Part shown: one piece after another, positions 37,955 through 40,123 of the stretch | How the letters are laid out: each line of letters starts with the position of its first letter | Position numbering within the stretch: the first letter of the stretch is position 1 | Source: a virus | Lineage: Duplodnaviria > Heunggongvirae > Uroviricota > Caudoviricetes | DNA length: 40,123 nt | IMG/VR virus record: IMGVR_UViG_2537562231_000015 | Location: 1-40,123 of that record | Direction: 5' to 3' (one strand) | Made by a program: the position numbers and the translations under genes | The notes under the pieces: generated by a model | Told to the model about the DNA's origin: nothing | The model's input: only the letters and a program-made list of their open reading frames with translations | The model's database searches: none

Positions 37955-38270
37955 CCTCCCCCGAAGGTGAACAATCCACTGTTCACCCTTCACCGTATAT
38001 TCACCCGTTATCACACTGAAATTAAAAGAGAAAAATGAAAGGTGAACAGTGTGAACAATCAAATCAAAAAAAACTTTTTTCTCCCTGTGTGATTTCAGTA
38101 CGGGGGATTAATCACCAGTAGGAGTCACACCGGCAGAATGCCGGAGGTGAAGAATCGAATGTTCACCCTTCACCCATTATTCACCACCTATCATACTGAA
38201 ATAAAAGGAGAAAAAAGAAAGGTGAACAGTGTGAACAGTTCTTTCGAAAAAAAATTTTTTTCCTGTACGA
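37955..38270. repeat. crr-like cis replication region: two ~125-bp direct repeats with TGTTCACC/GGTGAACA iterons
   Basis: Units at about 37955-38080 and 38140-38268 align along their length, separated by about 60 bp. Confidence 0.65.
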
Positions 38271-38312
38271 TATAGCATCAATCCAAGTAAAAATGCGCTT
38301 TCATTTCACATT

Positions 38313-38336
38313 AACTTACAGCCATTGGTATACGAT
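38313..38336. repeat. Integrase arm-type repeat, attR side of the P4-like element
   Basis: ATTGGTATACGATTAGGTATACG, one mismatch from the copy at 24368-24390. Confidence 0.45.
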
Positions 38337-38547
38337 TAGGTATACGCACAAAAACTAAATTAAACAAAATCATTAAAAATCAAAGCAATAAAGCATTTAT
38401 TCAAACTCCGCCAGCCAATCATGATTGGACGGTGTAAGGACAACACCAACAAAAACAGGAAGTTAGAAGTCTCAGCAAAACACCGACCAGACGGTGAGGA
38501 GACATAAAAGGATACGCAAAGGAGCCGCGGCTCCTGGTAACATGAAA

Positions 38548-38571
38548 GCCCACAGATGTGGGCTTTTTCGT
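38548..38571 (+). terminator. Putative intrinsic terminator
   Basis: AGCCCACA-gat-GTGGGCT stem followed by TTTTT. Confidence 0.45.
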
Positions 38572-38577
38572 TGATGG

Positions 38578-39353
38578 TCAGAACGACCAGTTCACACCAG
38601 CTACCGCGTTCCACGGGGATTCCACACCGGCACTATGGCTATACCCCACCCCAAGATGCCCGCTTAACGTACTGCTGAATGAGGCTTTAATACCTGCCTG
38701 GTATATTCCACGTCTGCCCGACAAATAATTGACGAAATTACCGTCACTATTCACTTTCACCCGGTTATCATCGACAAATTCTTTGCGCACAGCCGCCTTC
38801 AGCCACGGCTCAACTTCCATACCGTTCCCCAGACGCATGTTGTAACTCAGCGTTGCGCCCAGTTCACGATATATACTGCGGGTATCGACTGATTTCGATT
38901 TCATGCCATTGGATAAATGATATTCGGGGTTATCAGCGGTGAACCCCGTTAACGATGCATACGGCGTCAGGTTCCAGTTACCATCGGTAAATCGCATCCC
39001 GGTTTCAATGTGACCGCCCAGCCCGTTGCTGTGGTAACTGCCATTGGCGGCTCCACCGCTGCTCATTTTACCTGCTACGTTACTTTTAAAACGGTTCAGC
39101 TTCACGACACCGTCCAGATAGAAACCACTTTCATGTTCCCAACTGGCATAGCCGCCCAGAGAATAACTGCCCACACTGCCATGTCCTCCGCGATCAAAAC
39201 CGATATGTGAATGGGAATAGCCCATAAAAGCGCCTAGCGTGGTAATTCCTTCAGGAATATCATTACGGCTGTCGATCCCCACTGTCATTCCGGTCAGCGT
39301 CTGCTCAAACCCGGCACCCGCATCGGTGGTGACATTATTACGGGTGTTATACG
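38578..39353 (-). pseudogene. Autotransporter beta-barrel domain remnant, 5'-truncated by IS66-family insertion
   Basis: Glycine/aromatic-rich beta-strand pattern ending ...GVNWSF; gene upstream is replaced by the IS end at 39354. Confidence 0.55.
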
Positions 39354-40123
39354 GTAAGCGACTCGTCAGAACCGTATTGATATTTACTGAGAGCTCAGAT
39401 CAACTTTCCAGGGCAACAGATCGCGTACCCGGTTTGCCGGCCAGTCCTGGATATGTTCAATGACGTAACGCAGCCACTTTTCTGGCTCCACATTGTTCAG
39501 ACGGCATGTGCCGATCAGCGAGTACAACACCGCCGCATGTTCACCACCGCTGTCGGAACCCGCGAACAGCCAGTTTTTCCGGCCTACGGCCACTCCCCGT
39601 AAGGCGTTCTCTGCGATGTTGTTGTCGATTTCCACCCAGCCATTACTGCAGTACACGTTCAGGGCCTCCCACTGTTTCAGCAGGTATGCGAACGCTTTTG
39701 CCGTATCCGAGTGACGCGACAGTGTTTTCATCTGAGTCTGTATCCAGTCATACAGTGACTGCATCAGTGGCGCAGCTCTGGCTTTTCTTGCTGCCAGACG
39801 CTGTTCTGCTGAACATCCCCGGACTTCTGCCTCGATGGCATACAGTTCACCGATACGCTGCAGGGCTTCCGTGGTGATATCGGTTGGCGCTCTTGCATGC
39901 ACATCGTGGATTTTTCTCCGGGCATGGGCCATACACGCGGCTTCCGTTATTCTGCCGGATTCGTATAACGCCCGGTAGCCACCGTAAGCATCGGCCTGAA
40001 GCACTCCGCTGTAACCGGCCAGGTGATTTTGTGGATGGATGCCTTTCCGGTCCGGGCTGTACGCGAACCAGACCGCCGCAGGCATCTGTGAACCGGCGTT
40101 ACGGTCATCACGGACGTAGACCC
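39354..40123 (-). mobile_element. Second IS66-family element, partial (runs off window)
   Basis: Terminal GTAAGCG... at 39354 located 30 bp beyond the transposase stop, same geometry as the first IS66 copy. Confidence 0.8.
39384..40123 (-). CDS. IS66-family transposase C-terminal portion (partial at window edge)
   Basis: Translation aligns with the C-terminal part of the TnpC at 32904-34517 but is clearly divergent. Confidence 0.85.
   Translation of the reverse strand, partial: VYVRDDRNAGSQMPAAVWFAYSPDRKGIHPQNHLAGYSGVLQADAYGGYRALYESGRITEAACMAHARRKIHDVHARAPTDITTEALQRIGELYAIEAEVRGCSAEQRLAARKARAAPLMQSLYDWIQTQMKTLSRHSDTAKAFAYLLKQWEALNVYCSNGWVEIDNNIAENALRGVAVGRKNWLFAGSDSGGEHAAVLYSLIGTCRLNNVEPEKWLRYVIEHIQDWPANRVRDLLPWKVDLSSQ

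Noticed and set aside
1-40123. Treating every TGT-N12-ACA match as an Ogr/Delta site
   Set aside because: The motif is short and expected by chance about ten times in 40 kb; I report only those in intergenic regions upstream of late operons, at low confidence.

Overview
The window holds two integrated mobile elements in tandem, with no rRNA, complete tRNA or CRISPR array recognised. Positions <1-24258 are a P2/186-family myovirus prophage in reverse orientation relative to the P2 map: tail and baseplate genes H-I-J-W-V-S-R, the lysis cassette, head genes L-M-N-O on the minus strand, then terminase P and portal Q on the plus strand, a 186-type early region (A replicase, Dam methylase, CII, Apl-like, CI, integrase) and a LexA-boxed tum/DinI-like module. 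AT-rich cargo genes sit at three points: a GmrSD-like DUF262 nuclease between Q and cos, a 219-aa unknown protein between cos and the tum/DinI module, and a zinc-finger/HNH protein between int and the prophage end. The prophage ends at a 45-nt fragment matching the 3' end of tmRNA (ssrA). Immediately after it, positions 24214 to about 38415 are a P4-like satellite with the full P4 backbone (integrase, cos, psu, delta, sid, ori iterons, vis, RNA-immunity region, orf151, orf106, alpha primase, crr). Its integrase is split by IS1 and its epsilon-like gene by an IS66-family element, both with target-site duplications. Its int-cos variable slot carries an AT-rich 569-aa ORF of unknown function, which I consider the best candidate for an undescribed anti-phage system. 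Downstream, an autotransporter beta-domain remnant is truncated by a second IS66-family copy that runs off the window. All homology calls are from reading the translations against remembered family sequences; no database search was run.
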